Shown here one piece after another: positions 36,253 to 45,189 of a DNA stretch of 64,000 nucleotides (positions are counted from its first letter, which is position 1; each line of letters begins with the position of its first letter). A model generated the notes under the pieces. That model made no database searches. It was not told where the DNA came from and was given only the letters and a program-made list of their open reading frames with translations. Position numbers and translations under genes: made by a program. Where the stretch lies: positions 4,317 through 68,316 of the IMG/VR virus record IMGVR_UViG_3300042350_003685; one strand, written 5' to 3'. The stretch comes from a virus.

Positions 36253-36807
36253 TTAGTGAATGCCAAAATGCTGATAATGACTGTCTAGGTTCCAGGTCAC
36301 AGTGTCAATCGCCACCCCATCATGTGTTTCAACTTGGATGCCCAGAATTTGATAGCGTTGCCAAAACCAATAGATGTCAGGCGTGGTACTGGCCAGACTT
36401 TGACTATTGAGTTTCTTGTGGTTCTTTTTGCTCACAAGGCAGGTTGGGATATTTAAGGCTTCTCTAGCAGAGATACGCCCGTTTAACAGCAGATCTCTAG
36501 CCACAGCAGCAGGCAGCACATGTTCAAAGTCACACTTGGTATCAGGTTTGAGACCTAGCTCACGATAATGTGCTCCGATGTTTTCTTTGATACAGTAGCC
36601 ATGATATCTACGCAGCACAAAATCAATGATGTCGCGTAGTAGTCTTGCGGTTTGATCCGAGGACTGCAACCTGCTATAGGTCCACACACAGATTTTTAAC
36701 ACACGCAGAGCAAATGTTTCGGTTTGAGCATAGCTGGCACCATCACGTTTGACTCTGGTGTATTTTACTTGTTTGAAACCCTGTAGGCGTTCTTGTAGCG
36801 ATTTCAT
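36253..36807 (-). CDS. Putative HNH/His-Me finger-like nuclease
   Basis: DFEHVLP...PTCLVSKKNHKKLN; ATGA-coupled to the upstream gene. Confidence 0.5.
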   Translation of the reverse strand: MKSLQERLQGFKQVKYTRVKRDGASYAQTETFALRVLKICVWTYSRLQSSDQTARLLRDIIDFVLRRYHGYCIKENIGAHYRELGLKPDTKCDFEHVLPAAVARDLLLNGRISAREALNIPTCLVSKKNHKKLNSQSLASTTPDIYWFWQRYQILGIQVETHDGVAIDTVTWNLDSHYQHFGIH

Positions 36808-37247
36808 GTTTGTTTCCAATATTGTTCACAAAGTCGGCGGCAATAATTGCTGGCTTCTGCTTCACTTGGCAGCTTCAATGGACACTCTGACATCTTGGCC
36901 GCAGAATATCCATTGGGCAAATCTAACTTGTGAATACGAAGCTTCCGCTCAGCAATAACTAGCTCAATTTCTTTCATAAGGTCTTCTATGGGAAGTTTGA
37001 ACATTTCAGTTTGAGCACTGCCATACTTTACATACTTGGCACCATATCTCCACAAACGACGTTTGAGCAGCTTTTCTAATACCCCTATATCCCAGGATTC
37101 TCCAAAATACACATGGTCAAGTTTGAACTTGTTCCAACAAAATTTTTGTCTTGCTCTTACTGCCGAATATGGTGTCAATGCAATGCCAAGTTTCCAAGCG
37201 TCTGGTTCACCAGTTAAGTCTTTGTGTAGGTAAAAAAAATGACTCAT
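36804..37247 (-). CDS. GIY-YIG/T5orf172-like protein
   Basis: FFYL.K......WKLGI...P...VRARQ...LEK.LK...TEMF; AAGGAG RBS. Confidence 0.55.
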   Translation of the reverse strand: MSHFFYLHKDLTGEPDAWKLGIALTPYSAVRARQKFCWNKFKLDHVYFGESWDIGVLEKLLKRRLWRYGAKYVKYGSAQTEMFKLPIEDLMKEIELVIAERKLRIHKLDLPNGYSAAKMSECPLKLPSEAEASNYCRRLCEQYWKQT

Positions 37248-37257
37248 TACATACTCC

Positions 37258-38454
37258 TTAGAACAGATCAGTAGCAGCAGGAACAAAAACGTTGAAACTG
37301 TTCTTGGGATACCTAAAACTTCGAGGCTTGTTCGCTGCCCAGCTCTGACGCATTTGATGCCAGAAAAATGCAGTGCCAACTGGTGTGTTCTTGAGATTGG
37401 CAGGAGCAGCAGGCCAAAGGTGCTTGGGCAACTGTGTGGCAGTGTGTGACGCATTGTATGCGTTGACATTGGCGCGATGCACCTGTTCCCAATAAGGACC
37501 CTTGGCATCAAAGTTTGCGTCAAACAAGTCAATGCATATACCAGCCATTTCTTCAATTTCTGCATCACTATAGGTGATGTTTTCTTGCTCGCACATGTTT
37601 AGGAATTCTATGATGATAGGAATTTCCTTGGAGTTGATAGGTCTTTGCTGACTGGCTACAACAAAAGCACCGTACACACAGAACTGCCTAACCACGTCAA
37701 CACTGGCAGCATACAACTCGTTCAAACGACTGATGGCACCCACTTGGTCGGTGTCATTGAATTTTTCTGCTGTGACAAACAAACCGGCTCTAGCGATGTG
37801 TTGTTGTTTTTGCCAAGCAGCCACCCATTCAGGATCGGTGGCGCCATCTACTTCTACACCATAAACCATTTGCGCAAAAATATCAATGATGTCCAAGGGC
37901 TTTTTGCCTGCGTTTTTGCCCACAGTGGTGTTGAGGCTAATAAACAGTTGGCGCAGGTCTGCGCGACTGGTTATGTCATAGATGTTGGCAGGAAACTTCA
38001 CATCCTTGATGTTCAAACCAAAAAAGTTTTCCACTATCAGCATCAAGGCCAGAGCAGTGTGCTGGCTATCCCAAGCACCCCACTTGCCGTTGGGAGTGCG
38101 AAATACCTGTATGGGCTGAGCCATGAACGCACGGAAGTTAGAGATAATGTGCAGAATCCATTTGAGGTTAGGCTCACGTTGCATTGTGGTATCAATCATG
38201 ATATCACCGGCGTCGATTTCTTGAGCAGCACACAATTTAAACTGTGTGCGATCAAAGAAATCTTTCAACTTAGGATGACTGCGTTTGAAGTCTTTTAGGG
38301 CCTTGGCCAATCCAGCATGCCAATTACGCTGAGCCTGCGGTGGCAGTGCGGCGATTGTGTCGTGCAGACGCTGTTTGAGGTCAACAAGATGAGATTGGGT
38401 GTTATGAAAACGCGAGTTACGCTGATCTGCGTAGGTAGATGTGGCAGTTGCCAT
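37258..38454 (-). CDS. ParB/DUF262/DGQHR-like domain protein
   Basis: IMIDTTMQR...PI.V......WDSQHT...LFISLN...KPL pattern. Confidence 0.6.
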   Translation of the reverse strand: MATATSTYADQRNSRFHNTQSHLVDLKQRLHDTIAALPPQAQRNWHAGLAKALKDFKRSHPKLKDFFDRTQFKLCAAQEIDAGDIMIDTTMQREPNLKWILHIISNFRAFMAQPIQVFRTPNGKWGAWDSQHTALALMLIVENFFGLNIKDVKFPANIYDITSRADLRQLFISLNTTVGKNAGKKPLDIIDIFAQMVYGVEVDGATDPEWVAAWQKQQHIARAGLFVTAEKFNDTDQVGAISRLNELYAASVDVVRQFCVYGAFVVASQQRPINSKEIPIIIEFLNMCEQENITYSDAEIEEMAGICIDLFDANFDAKGPYWEQVHRANVNAYNASHTATQLPKHLWPAAPANLKNTPVGTAFFWHQMRQSWAANKPRSFRYPKNSFNVFVPAATDLF

Positions 38455-38582
38455 TGCTTTCTCCATATTAGTAACCGTTACAATCATTGGCCCTATGCCT
38501 AGATTGTTTTTTGGTTAGCTTTGTGTTACATCAATTACTATACAGCAAAAATCTTTATTGGACGACTGATATTTTACCGATT

Positions 38583-39326
38583 TTATCCCGTACTGAGCAC
38601 TCGAACCGCAACCTGTTGATGTCGGCTCACACGGCCGATATACTGGTATTTGACATCGTAATTTCTACAGAATTCTTTCCAGGCTGCGAATTCATCTTGT
38701 TGCCATCCGGGATAGTTGAGATATTCGTCAAATATGATCACAGTGCCCGGAACAATGTTTTCCCGTAGTTCGGTCAATACCGTTTTGGTACTGGAGTAGA
38801 GATCGCAGTCCACATGCAGCAACAACAGCGGAGTATTGGTGTAACTGGCTTTCCACTTTGGCAAGGTTTCATTAAACCAGCCCACATGCAAATAGGTGTT
38901 GTCTCTTACTCTAGGCAGATTGTCTCTTTTGAAAAATCCTCGAGGCATACGACTGGTCCAGTCTTCGGGTAATCCTTCAAAGCTGTCAAACCCATGAATA
39001 AATTTATTTGGCAGCAGTCTTGCAAATTGGTTTAGTGTGCGACCTGTAGCAACACCGAACTCTAGTACCATGCCACGCGGTATGAGATTGGAATCAAGTT
39101 GCGTTTTGACCACCCAATCGTGTAAGTCATAGTCGCAGCTGAAGTTAGGAACTGTGCGCATGTGAAGCTGTACATACCTAGCAGATTCTTCTGAGGCCTG
39201 CCGTAGTGCAGTGAACTCAGTGTCAATCACATCAGTGTACTGACCTGTGAGTCTACGTTGAAACCAATTGGGTTGAGGATAACGCCACCATTGGCGCACA
39301 CGGTCATAAAGTCTGTGTAAATTCAT
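38583..39326 (-). CDS. TylF/MycF-like class I SAM O-methyltransferase
   Basis: LEFGVATG, GFDSFEGLP, GWFNETL, HVDCDLYSS and IIFDEY motifs. Confidence 0.85.
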   Translation of the reverse strand: MNLHRLYDRVRQWWRYPQPNWFQRRLTGQYTDVIDTEFTALRQASEESARYVQLHMRTVPNFSCDYDLHDWVVKTQLDSNLIPRGMVLEFGVATGRTLNQFARLLPNKFIHGFDSFEGLPEDWTSRMPRGFFKRDNLPRVRDNTYLHVGWFNETLPKWKASYTNTPLLLLHVDCDLYSSTKTVLTELRENIVPGTVIIFDEYLNYPGWQQDEFAAWKEFCRNYDVKYQYIGRVSRHQQVAVRVLSTG

Positions 39327-39583
39327 AGTTTGCCTTCTTGATCTAGTAATCGATCTAATGTGCTTTGTGGTACTATTGCCGATGTTACAGGTTGATGCTT
39401 GACCCAGGTACTGATAATACTTTCTACATCATCGGGATGACTACGCTGGCTGCGTATTACCACTGGACTAGAATTCACTCTTGTGACCAATGCAGCACAG
39501 GGCTTGCCATCAACCAATAACATACGTACTTGGTTTTCAAACACTAGTTCGTGTGTGCGTTCGCCAGTGCGTTCCCATTTCAT
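39323..39583 (-). CDS. Hypothetical protein
   Basis: Coupled ORF. Confidence 0.55.
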   Translation of the reverse strand: MKWERTGERTHELVFENQVRMLLVDGKPCAALVTRVNSSPVVIRSQRSHPDDVESIISTWVKHQPVTSAIVPQSTLDRLLDQEGKL

Positions 39584-39593
39584 AATATTTGAT

Positions 39594-39872
39594 TTAACTC
39601 CATTTCATTGTGAAACCCAATCTGTCGGTGTCGCTGTCAAAATAAAAAATATAACGACCCGGATGAGTTTGAGTAGCACTTTCTACCATTTGCCAACGCC
39701 AGTCGTCTTTGGTTTGTTCTCTGCACCAAGACAACGCCATGTCTAATCGACCAAAAGGCAGCTGGACTTCTATTGCATAATTGAATCCACGACCTCGACG
39801 AGTGTGATCATTGAATCCCCAATGCCATGGATCATCAGTTGGCCAAAGACTATGTTTCCAGGTATGTGTCAC
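39594..39872 (-). CDS. Solitary 'L(R/K)WS' family paralogue
   Basis: SWC......WRW...YIFYFDSDTDRLGFTMKWS. Confidence 0.65.
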   Translation of the reverse strand: MTHTWKHSLWPTDDPWHWGFNDHTRRGRGFNYAIEVQLPFGRLDMALSWCREQTKDDWRWQMVESATQTHPGRYIFYFDSDTDRLGFTMKWS

Positions 39873-40083
39873 GAATGTATGACTCTATAGATGCATCACT
39901 TATGACATTATATAGTAACAAGTTGTCCCATACGTCAAAATACTCACAGAAGCTTTGTCCCTGTGTGAGCCCGCGACAATGATCGAACACACGATGTTTG
40001 CGCCATGTATCATAGTCTTGTTGACTGATTAATTGCGCAGGCCTAGTGTTAGCTGAAAGATCAAACCAGGTTCTAGGCTTCAT
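39850..40083 (-). CDS. Hypothetical protein (GQSFC..F...D..L motif)
   Basis: ORF. Confidence 0.55.
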   Translation of the reverse strand: MKPRTWFDLSANTRPAQLISQQDYDTWRKHRVFDHCRGLTQGQSFCEYFDVWDNLLLYNVISDASIESYIRDTYLET

Positions 40084-40084
40084 G

Positions 40085-40915
40085 TTAGGTCCAAAGGCTT
40101 TGACGAATCTTGATTAATCGTATCATCATGTCTGTATCCTCCTGTTCGTACTGTGCTTCAAGTTCCGTGATTTTGTCAAGCATAGGCTGTGTGTCTATTT
40201 TTTCAACGTTGGGATTGTCATCATCTTCGTCAAAGAAAAGACTGCCTTTCTCACGCTTTCGCTCACAGTACTCACTCCAACCACTTACTTCGTAAGGATC
40301 AGGACGCTTTGGATAGACTTCCTTCCACCAAGTATAAAGTTCTAGAATTTCCTTGGCCTTTTCAGCCTGTTGACTTGGTTTGTGTCTGTCAGGATGTTCA
40401 TCGTCTAGCCAATCATTAGTAAGACTCATTTGCCATTTAAGGTTGTCAATACCCGACTCGGGGCTACGCCAGCTGCGCCAACGAAACCATCCAGTGGCCC
40501 AGAATGGGGCCTGATACTTTCTACGCTCTTCGGAACCGCTCCAGGCAATGTTCCACCAAGCCAGCTCAATCTCAACAAAGTCCACAAGTTCGTTGAAAAG
40601 ACAAGGCAGAAAACGGTTGCCCACATCGCACCAAGTACCAGGCTTGATGTCCCTAGGATGAGCAGTAAGAGCATGGGTGCGGGTAACGAATCGATTGTTG
40701 ATATAATATTTGAGAGCATAGAGTTGGTCCGTGGGCCAATAGAAAAACTTTTGTAGGTGGTCCAGGCCTTCATCGGCCAACCAATAGCGAATAGGATGTA
40801 GTGCCTGCGCTTGACGGTGCCAACGAGCCCACCCACTTGATGTTTCGGCTGTGGGTTTGGCTGTTCCTCTTAGCCAATCAGCAAATTTTGAGCAAGTCCA
40901 GTAATGGTTCCTCAT
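40085..40915 (-). CDS. Conserved Trp-rich phage hypothetical protein
   Basis: ORF ending MMIRLIKIRQSLWT; AAGGA RBS. Confidence 0.7.
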   Translation of the reverse strand: MRNHYWTCSKFADWLRGTAKPTAETSSGWARWHRQAQALHPIRYWLADEGLDHLQKFFYWPTDQLYALKYYINNRFVTRTHALTAHPRDIKPGTWCDVGNRFLPCLFNELVDFVEIELAWWNIAWSGSEERRKYQAPFWATGWFRWRSWRSPESGIDNLKWQMSLTNDWLDDEHPDRHKPSQQAEKAKEILELYTWWKEVYPKRPDPYEVSGWSEYCERKREKGSLFFDEDDDNPNVEKIDTQPMLDKITELEAQYEQEDTDMMIRLIKIRQSLWT

Positions 40916-42123
40916 TTGGAATCCTTGTGTGTTAGATAGTGATCTTTGCCGCTGGGATGATCAAACCAAGGGCCACGTTTTTCAGCAGACATTTTGGTAT
41001 AATACTCACGTTTGTTCAACCGCCAGCTTTCGTGAATCGTAGTAGTAGTTGGTATTTTACACTGATCTAAAAATTTCTGCAACGATATTGCATAATCTAG
41101 ATCTTGACGACCCTTGAGCCAAAACAAGTGATCAAAATTGTGTTGAAGTATGTCTGCGCTGGCTGCTCTAAACTCCAAAAAACCATTTGGTTGATTAGAC
41201 AAGGTTTCTAGTACACTCACAATCTTGTGCATTCTAGTGGCAATGTCTGTTTCCTGATCATAGCTTTCATCAATCAATGATCCAAAAGTCTTAAAACCAA
41301 GTTTGTGCATGTAAGCAAGAGTGCCAGCGCCAGCAAAACACAAAAAAGGCATCTGTGCCAGGATCGGTCTTACGGTTTTTTCACTGATCAAACTTTCAAC
41401 TACAAAGGCCTCTAGCACCAGTTCGCAGGCAAATTCACTATAGTATCGACTTATTGCCCCTTCTTCATAGTAGATGTGATCGTCCCTACTGAGTCTACGA
41501 GGCATGATGTCAGCAAAGGGTTCTTGACTTTGAAGCCTAGATGCCATGTCAGCACTGCCTTGATGCCCATGATAAATCACAAAGTTGTTGGCCAGCAGAC
41601 CTTTATCATCTGCTAGATTTAAAATCTGTTGACGGTATGATCTATAACCGTTGACCATGGCAAAAAACTGATTTTTCCTTACATTGGGAAACTGTAGACG
41701 CGGGGCTACCAAGCCACCAATGTCTAGTGCGTACCACCATGAACTCAAGATTGGTATTTCTTGATGTTGTGGAGTGGAATCATCACACAGTCTCCAAATA
41801 CGTGGATGTTCAAACAAAGGCATCAACACTTGATATTCTGGGCTAACTTGGCCCATACAACGCCAACAACTGCTGTTCATGATGTCGTTGCCAATAACGA
41901 TCCAATTTTTATCAGCATAATCAATTACAGGTTGCACCCCATAATCTCTCACGTATCTTGCTATAAAACGCGGCTCTGCCATGAGCAAGCAGTCTCTATG
42001 ATCTGGAAGCTCTTGACGTTGGGTCACAGGATTCCAGATGTCCAAAAACTCATGATCGTGTTCCAGAAGATCTAGAGCTCGACTAAAACGTTGAGCAGCT
42101 TCTGGTTGCAGCACATATATCAT
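40912..42123 (-). CDS. Putative glycosyltransferase-like protein (SEKT.RPI...PF...GFKTF..IDESYD family)
   Basis: Paralogue of 60674..61903; motif reminiscent of the GT10 C-terminal TEK region. Confidence 0.55.
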   Translation of the reverse strand: MIYVLQPEAAQRFSRALDLLEHDHEFLDIWNPVTQRQELPDHRDCLLMAEPRFIARYVRDYGVQPVIDYADKNWIVIGNDIMNSSCWRCMGQVSPEYQVLMPLFEHPRIWRLCDDSTPQHQEIPILSSWWYALDIGGLVAPRLQFPNVRKNQFFAMVNGYRSYRQQILNLADDKGLLANNFVIYHGHQGSADMASRLQSQEPFADIMPRRLSRDDHIYYEEGAISRYYSEFACELVLEAFVVESLISEKTVRPILAQMPFLCFAGAGTLAYMHKLGFKTFGSLIDESYDQETDIATRMHKIVSVLETLSNQPNGFLEFRAASADILQHNFDHLFWLKGRQDLDYAISLQKFLDQCKIPTTTTIHESWRLNKREYYTKMSAEKRGPWFDHPSGKDHYLTHKDSK

Positions 42124-42470
42124 TTGGTTTCTTTAGTAGGAAAGAGTTCTTTGAATTTTTTGATTACCTCAGGATCACCACCCATGATGCCCAACACCAT
42201 GTCATGTGGCACACGATCTTGAAAATCCTGTGAAGTGCGTCCTTGAAACAAGAACTTGTCGGTGCCATGTTCCCAAACATACAGCATATCGCCGTGTTGT
42301 TCGATAGTGACTTTTTTATAGATCTTTTGTATTTTTTCTATGTCACTTTGCAGATTATCTATTTCTCGTTGAAACTTTTGTTCTGCATGTCGCCTGAACA
42401 ATTGTCCAAACCCATACATCAAGGCCATCAACAACAGGATATCAAACAAACTCATATGGTCTCCAGGCAA
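42120..42470 (-). CDS. Membrane-anchored hypothetical protein
   Basis: N-terminal TM; TTGGCC-N17-TATAAT at 42488-42516 and CTAAGTA upstream. Confidence 0.6.
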   Translation of the reverse strand: MPGDHMSLFDILLLMALMYGFGQLFRRHAEQKFQREIDNLQSDIEKIQKIYKKVTIEQHGDMLYVWEHGTDKFLFQGRTSQDFQDRVPHDMVLGIMGGDPEVIKKFKELFPTKETK

Positions 42471-42518
42471 ACGATCAACTACTTAGCATTATACGGTTAT
42501 TGCAATTTTTGGCCAAAC

Positions 42519-42540
42519 AAAAAGGGCCCGTTAGGCCCTT
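42519..42540 (-). terminator. Rho-independent terminator
   Basis: AAGGGCC-TAACG-GGCCCTT then T-run. Confidence 0.75.
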
Positions 42541-42560
42541 GATGTCAACCTATGGTTGTG

Positions 42561-42827
42561 TTAGGCAAGGCCCAAAGCAATAGCCTTGTAGCCAGCTGCT
42601 ACCAGACGACGGCTAGGCTTACCAAGTACGTATTCGGTAACACGCACGCCATTGCCAGCAGTGCGCTGGTTGGTGTACACAGCAAATCCGTGCTGACGGA
42701 TACGACTTACTTCGGCAGCCAGATTGCCGATGCCCATTTTACGGGCTTTGCTTTCAGTCACAGCTTCACCAGCTTGTAGAGCCTGGAACACACGGTAGGT
42801 TTTTGTTTCGGGATTGATCAATTTCAC
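42561..42827 (-). CDS. Winged-helix DNA-binding protein typical of T4-like phages
   Basis: L..G..VT...A...GI.NL.AEVSRIR..G..VY.N...Y.LG.PSR. Confidence 0.7.
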   Translation of the reverse strand: MKLINPETKTYRVFQALQAGEAVTESKARKMGIGNLAAEVSRIRQHGFAVYTNQRTAGNGVRVTEYVLGKPSRRLVAAGYKAIALGLA

Positions 42828-42927
42828 TTTGTTTACCTTTCTAAAGAATGTCTGCTGACGCAGTATGTGCATAATACACAACTGCAAGGCACAAAGCAAC
42901 AAGATTGATCAAGAAATTTTGCCGATA

Positions 42928-43320
42928 TTACAACTTTTGAGCTTCTTCAATGTGTCTACAGCGCCCACGAAACTCAAAACCCTTGCATTGGCAATGCCAG
43001 CCTGTTGTGGATCTGGTAACAGTGTATGACGAACCTTTGCTGCCTGCAATGGTATAGGTCTTGGTAGTGGTATTGACAGTTTGGGTACCGCCCGAAGTAA
43101 TACGTAGGTTGCGAATGTTGGCAACATTGATCACACGTACTGGCCATTGTTCATCGCCGCTTATGCAGAATTCACGATCGGTAAGCCAGCGATAACTGGG
43201 CAGCACTTCACCTGCAAAACTCCTGGTTCCCGGCCTCGGTGGAATCATATTTGGACCAATATGATCCACAAGGTCAAATTCCACTACACTGCCGGGAGTA
43301 GGTATTTGAACAGCGGTCAT
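42928..43320 (-). CDS. SWIM zinc-finger protein
   Basis: GSKG..Y.V......W.CQCKGF.FRG.CRHI. Confidence 0.75.
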   Translation of the reverse strand: MTAVQIPTPGSVVEFDLVDHIGPNMIPPRPGTRSFAGEVLPSYRWLTDREFCISGDEQWPVRVINVANIRNLRITSGGTQTVNTTTKTYTIAGSKGSSYTVTRSTTGWHCQCKGFEFRGRCRHIEEAQKL

Positions 43321-43321
43321 C

Positions 43322-43621
43322 TTACATGCTCCAATAGGATTCGGAACTAGGCGAGCAGAAGTAGGGAGTGTCGTAACGCTCTTGGTACTCTTTGCCCGAC
43401 ATCATATTAGTTTTAGTTTTGTAGGTTTCAAACAACATAGGAACGTAGCCTGCCTTTGTGTAGTCACACACTACAACATCAATAAAATCTTTTGTAACAG
43501 GATCAAAGTCTATAACGTCTACAAAACGCAGACCTGCTTTGTTGCGACCGTAGCGTTCGTCTTTTTTGATACGCTTGTCTTTTTTGTAAATCTCGATAGT
43601 GTATGCGGTAAGCTTGGACAT
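43322..43621 (-). CDS. Conserved early phage protein (N.MSG..Y.E..DTP.FCSPSSE.YWSM)
   Basis: AAGGAG RBS; promoter TTGACC-N17-TACAAT at 43652-43680. Confidence 0.75.
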   Translation of the reverse strand: MSKLTAYTIEIYKKDKRIKKDERYGRNKAGLRFVDVIDFDPVTKDFIDVVVCDYTKAGYVPMLFETYKTKTNMMSGKEYQERYDTPYFCSPSSESYWSM

Positions 43622-43683
43622 CGTATGCTCCTTATTAGTTACTATACCAATATTGTAGCAAAACGGATATTTTTGGTCAACCT

Positions 43684-43926
43684 TTAGAACTCTGCTGTGA
43701 TATGCCCAGTTGCTGATTTCTTAACATATACTTTAGTAACTTCTACTTCGCCAGTGCCTGATTCATCAAAATACTGTACAGAATAGCAAAAGTCGCCGCC
43801 GTTGGTAATGCCCAAAAACTTAACAGATTCAAAACTAATGCCCATGTAGCCGCTGCGGGCGAGAATGTTAGCAAGATCGTAACGATCAAGTGTTGCATAT
43901 TTGTTAAGTTCTGCGGCTAGTATCAT
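43684..43926 (-). CDS. Early hypothetical protein
   Basis: AAGGAG RBS; promoter TTGACC-N17-TATAAT at 43956-43984. Confidence 0.7.
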   Translation of the reverse strand: MILAAELNKYATLDRYDLANILARSGYMGISFESVKFLGITNGGDFCYSVQYFDESGTGEVEVTKVYVKKSATGHITAEF

Positions 43927-44004
43927 TTGAGCTCCTTGCAATTCAATATACCCAAATTATAGGCACTTTTCCAATAATGGTCAACCGGAGTCTATAAGTA
44001 CCTC

Positions 44005-45189
44005 ATGCGATGTCAATTCTTAAAACACGGGCTGGCCATTGACTACAATAGGCTGCTGCGCCCTTGCTGTAGCTTCCACGGCGATCAGACCTGGCGTGAT
44101 CAAAACCAATTACACCAAACGGATCTTGTGACCTGGCACTCTAATCCACAGTTGTTGAAATTGCAACAACAGATGTCGCAGGATATATGGCCTTTGGAGT
44201 GTGGTGTGTGCCAAGATATCGAAAGCCAAGGACGCGGTGACAGCATGCGTCTCAATGCGGAAAGCGCCTATGCTCACTATCAAGAACAGGATATAACACT
44301 TGAGATACGTCCAGGTAATGTGTGTAACTTTGCCTGTCAGACCTGCTGGCCCGAAGCCAGCTCCAGAGTCACTGACTTTTATCGCAAGGCTAATATTGAA
44401 ACCACAACAGACTGGACCTCAGGTGACTCTAATACCATTCAGATTGCACAGGCTAAACACACTCTTGACCTTGATCGCATTGCCGCTGTGTTGCCTCGTG
44501 TGCGTGACATTGTGATACTAGGTGGCGAACCATTCTATGACCCTGAATGCAAAAGATTTCTAGCTTGGTTGGTTGACAATCACTGTGATGCAAACTTATT
44601 GATCTTTACCAATGGCAGTTGTGTAGATCGCACCATGCTTGAACATTATCCAGGCAAGGTAACCTTGATATTCAGTCTTGATGCCATGGGTGAAGCAGCA
44701 GAGTACATACGATATGGCACTGTTTGGCAGGATGTTGTGGAAAACTATGTTCATTGCCGTGGTCTTGAAAATGTACGCACTAGAGTCAACGTCACTGTGA
44801 GCACCTATAACTTTCACCTGGTAGGATCACTGCTTGAGTGGTTGGCTGAGGATTGGCCTGAAGTAGTAAGCTTTGGCATTGCCAGCACTGTGAACAATAC
44901 CTGGTTCATGGATGAAAGTGTGCTGCCCTTAATGAGTCGAGCCTGGGTAGTAGAACAACTGCTCAACAGCCGCAACTTTTTAGAACATGCCAATATCGAA
45001 CACTATCAACGACTCAATGCTCAGAATGCTCTAAGTGCTATCATGGACCGACTGCAACACATGCCATTTGACACAATCAAATTCTACCGCTTTGTGGAGT
45101 TTGTGCGAGCCATGGATCGTGTGAAACACACTGACTTTGCAAGGAGCATGCCTGTACTAGCTGACATGCTAGGATACAAGCTGCTCTAG
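44005..45189 (+). CDS. Radical SAM enzyme with an N-terminal SPASM/twitch-like Cys cluster
   Basis: CNFACQTC (CX3CX2C) and GGEPF; N-terminal C...PCC...C..C; TATAAGTA 4 nt upstream. Confidence 0.88.
   Translation: MRCQFLKHGLAIDYNRLLRPCCSFHGDQTWRDQNQLHQTDLVTWHSNPQLLKLQQQMSQDIWPLECGVCQDIESQGRGDSMRLNAESAYAHYQEQDITLEIRPGNVCNFACQTCWPEASSRVTDFYRKANIETTTDWTSGDSNTIQIAQAKHTLDLDRIAAVLPRVRDIVILGGEPFYDPECKRFLAWLVDNHCDANLLIFTNGSCVDRTMLEHYPGKVTLIFSLDAMGEAAEYIRYGTVWQDVVENYVHCRGLENVRTRVNVTVSTYNFHLVGSLLEWLAEDWPEVVSFGIASTVNNTWFMDESVLPLMSRAWVVEQLLNSRNFLEHANIEHYQRLNAQNALSAIMDRLQHMPFDTIKFYRFVEFVRAMDRVKHTDFARSMPVLADMLGYKLL

Noticed and set aside
37248-37568. ORF-track N-terminal extensions (36804..37568, and likewise 20868..22154, 27080..27493, 27824..28126)
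   Set aside because: They overlap upstream genes; internal ATGs with an RBS or coupling give better starts.
37645-38298. 217-aa plus-strand ORF and other antisense ORFs (e.g. 20561..21088, 50909..51328)
   Set aside because: They lie opposite well-supported genes and have no motifs or translation signals.
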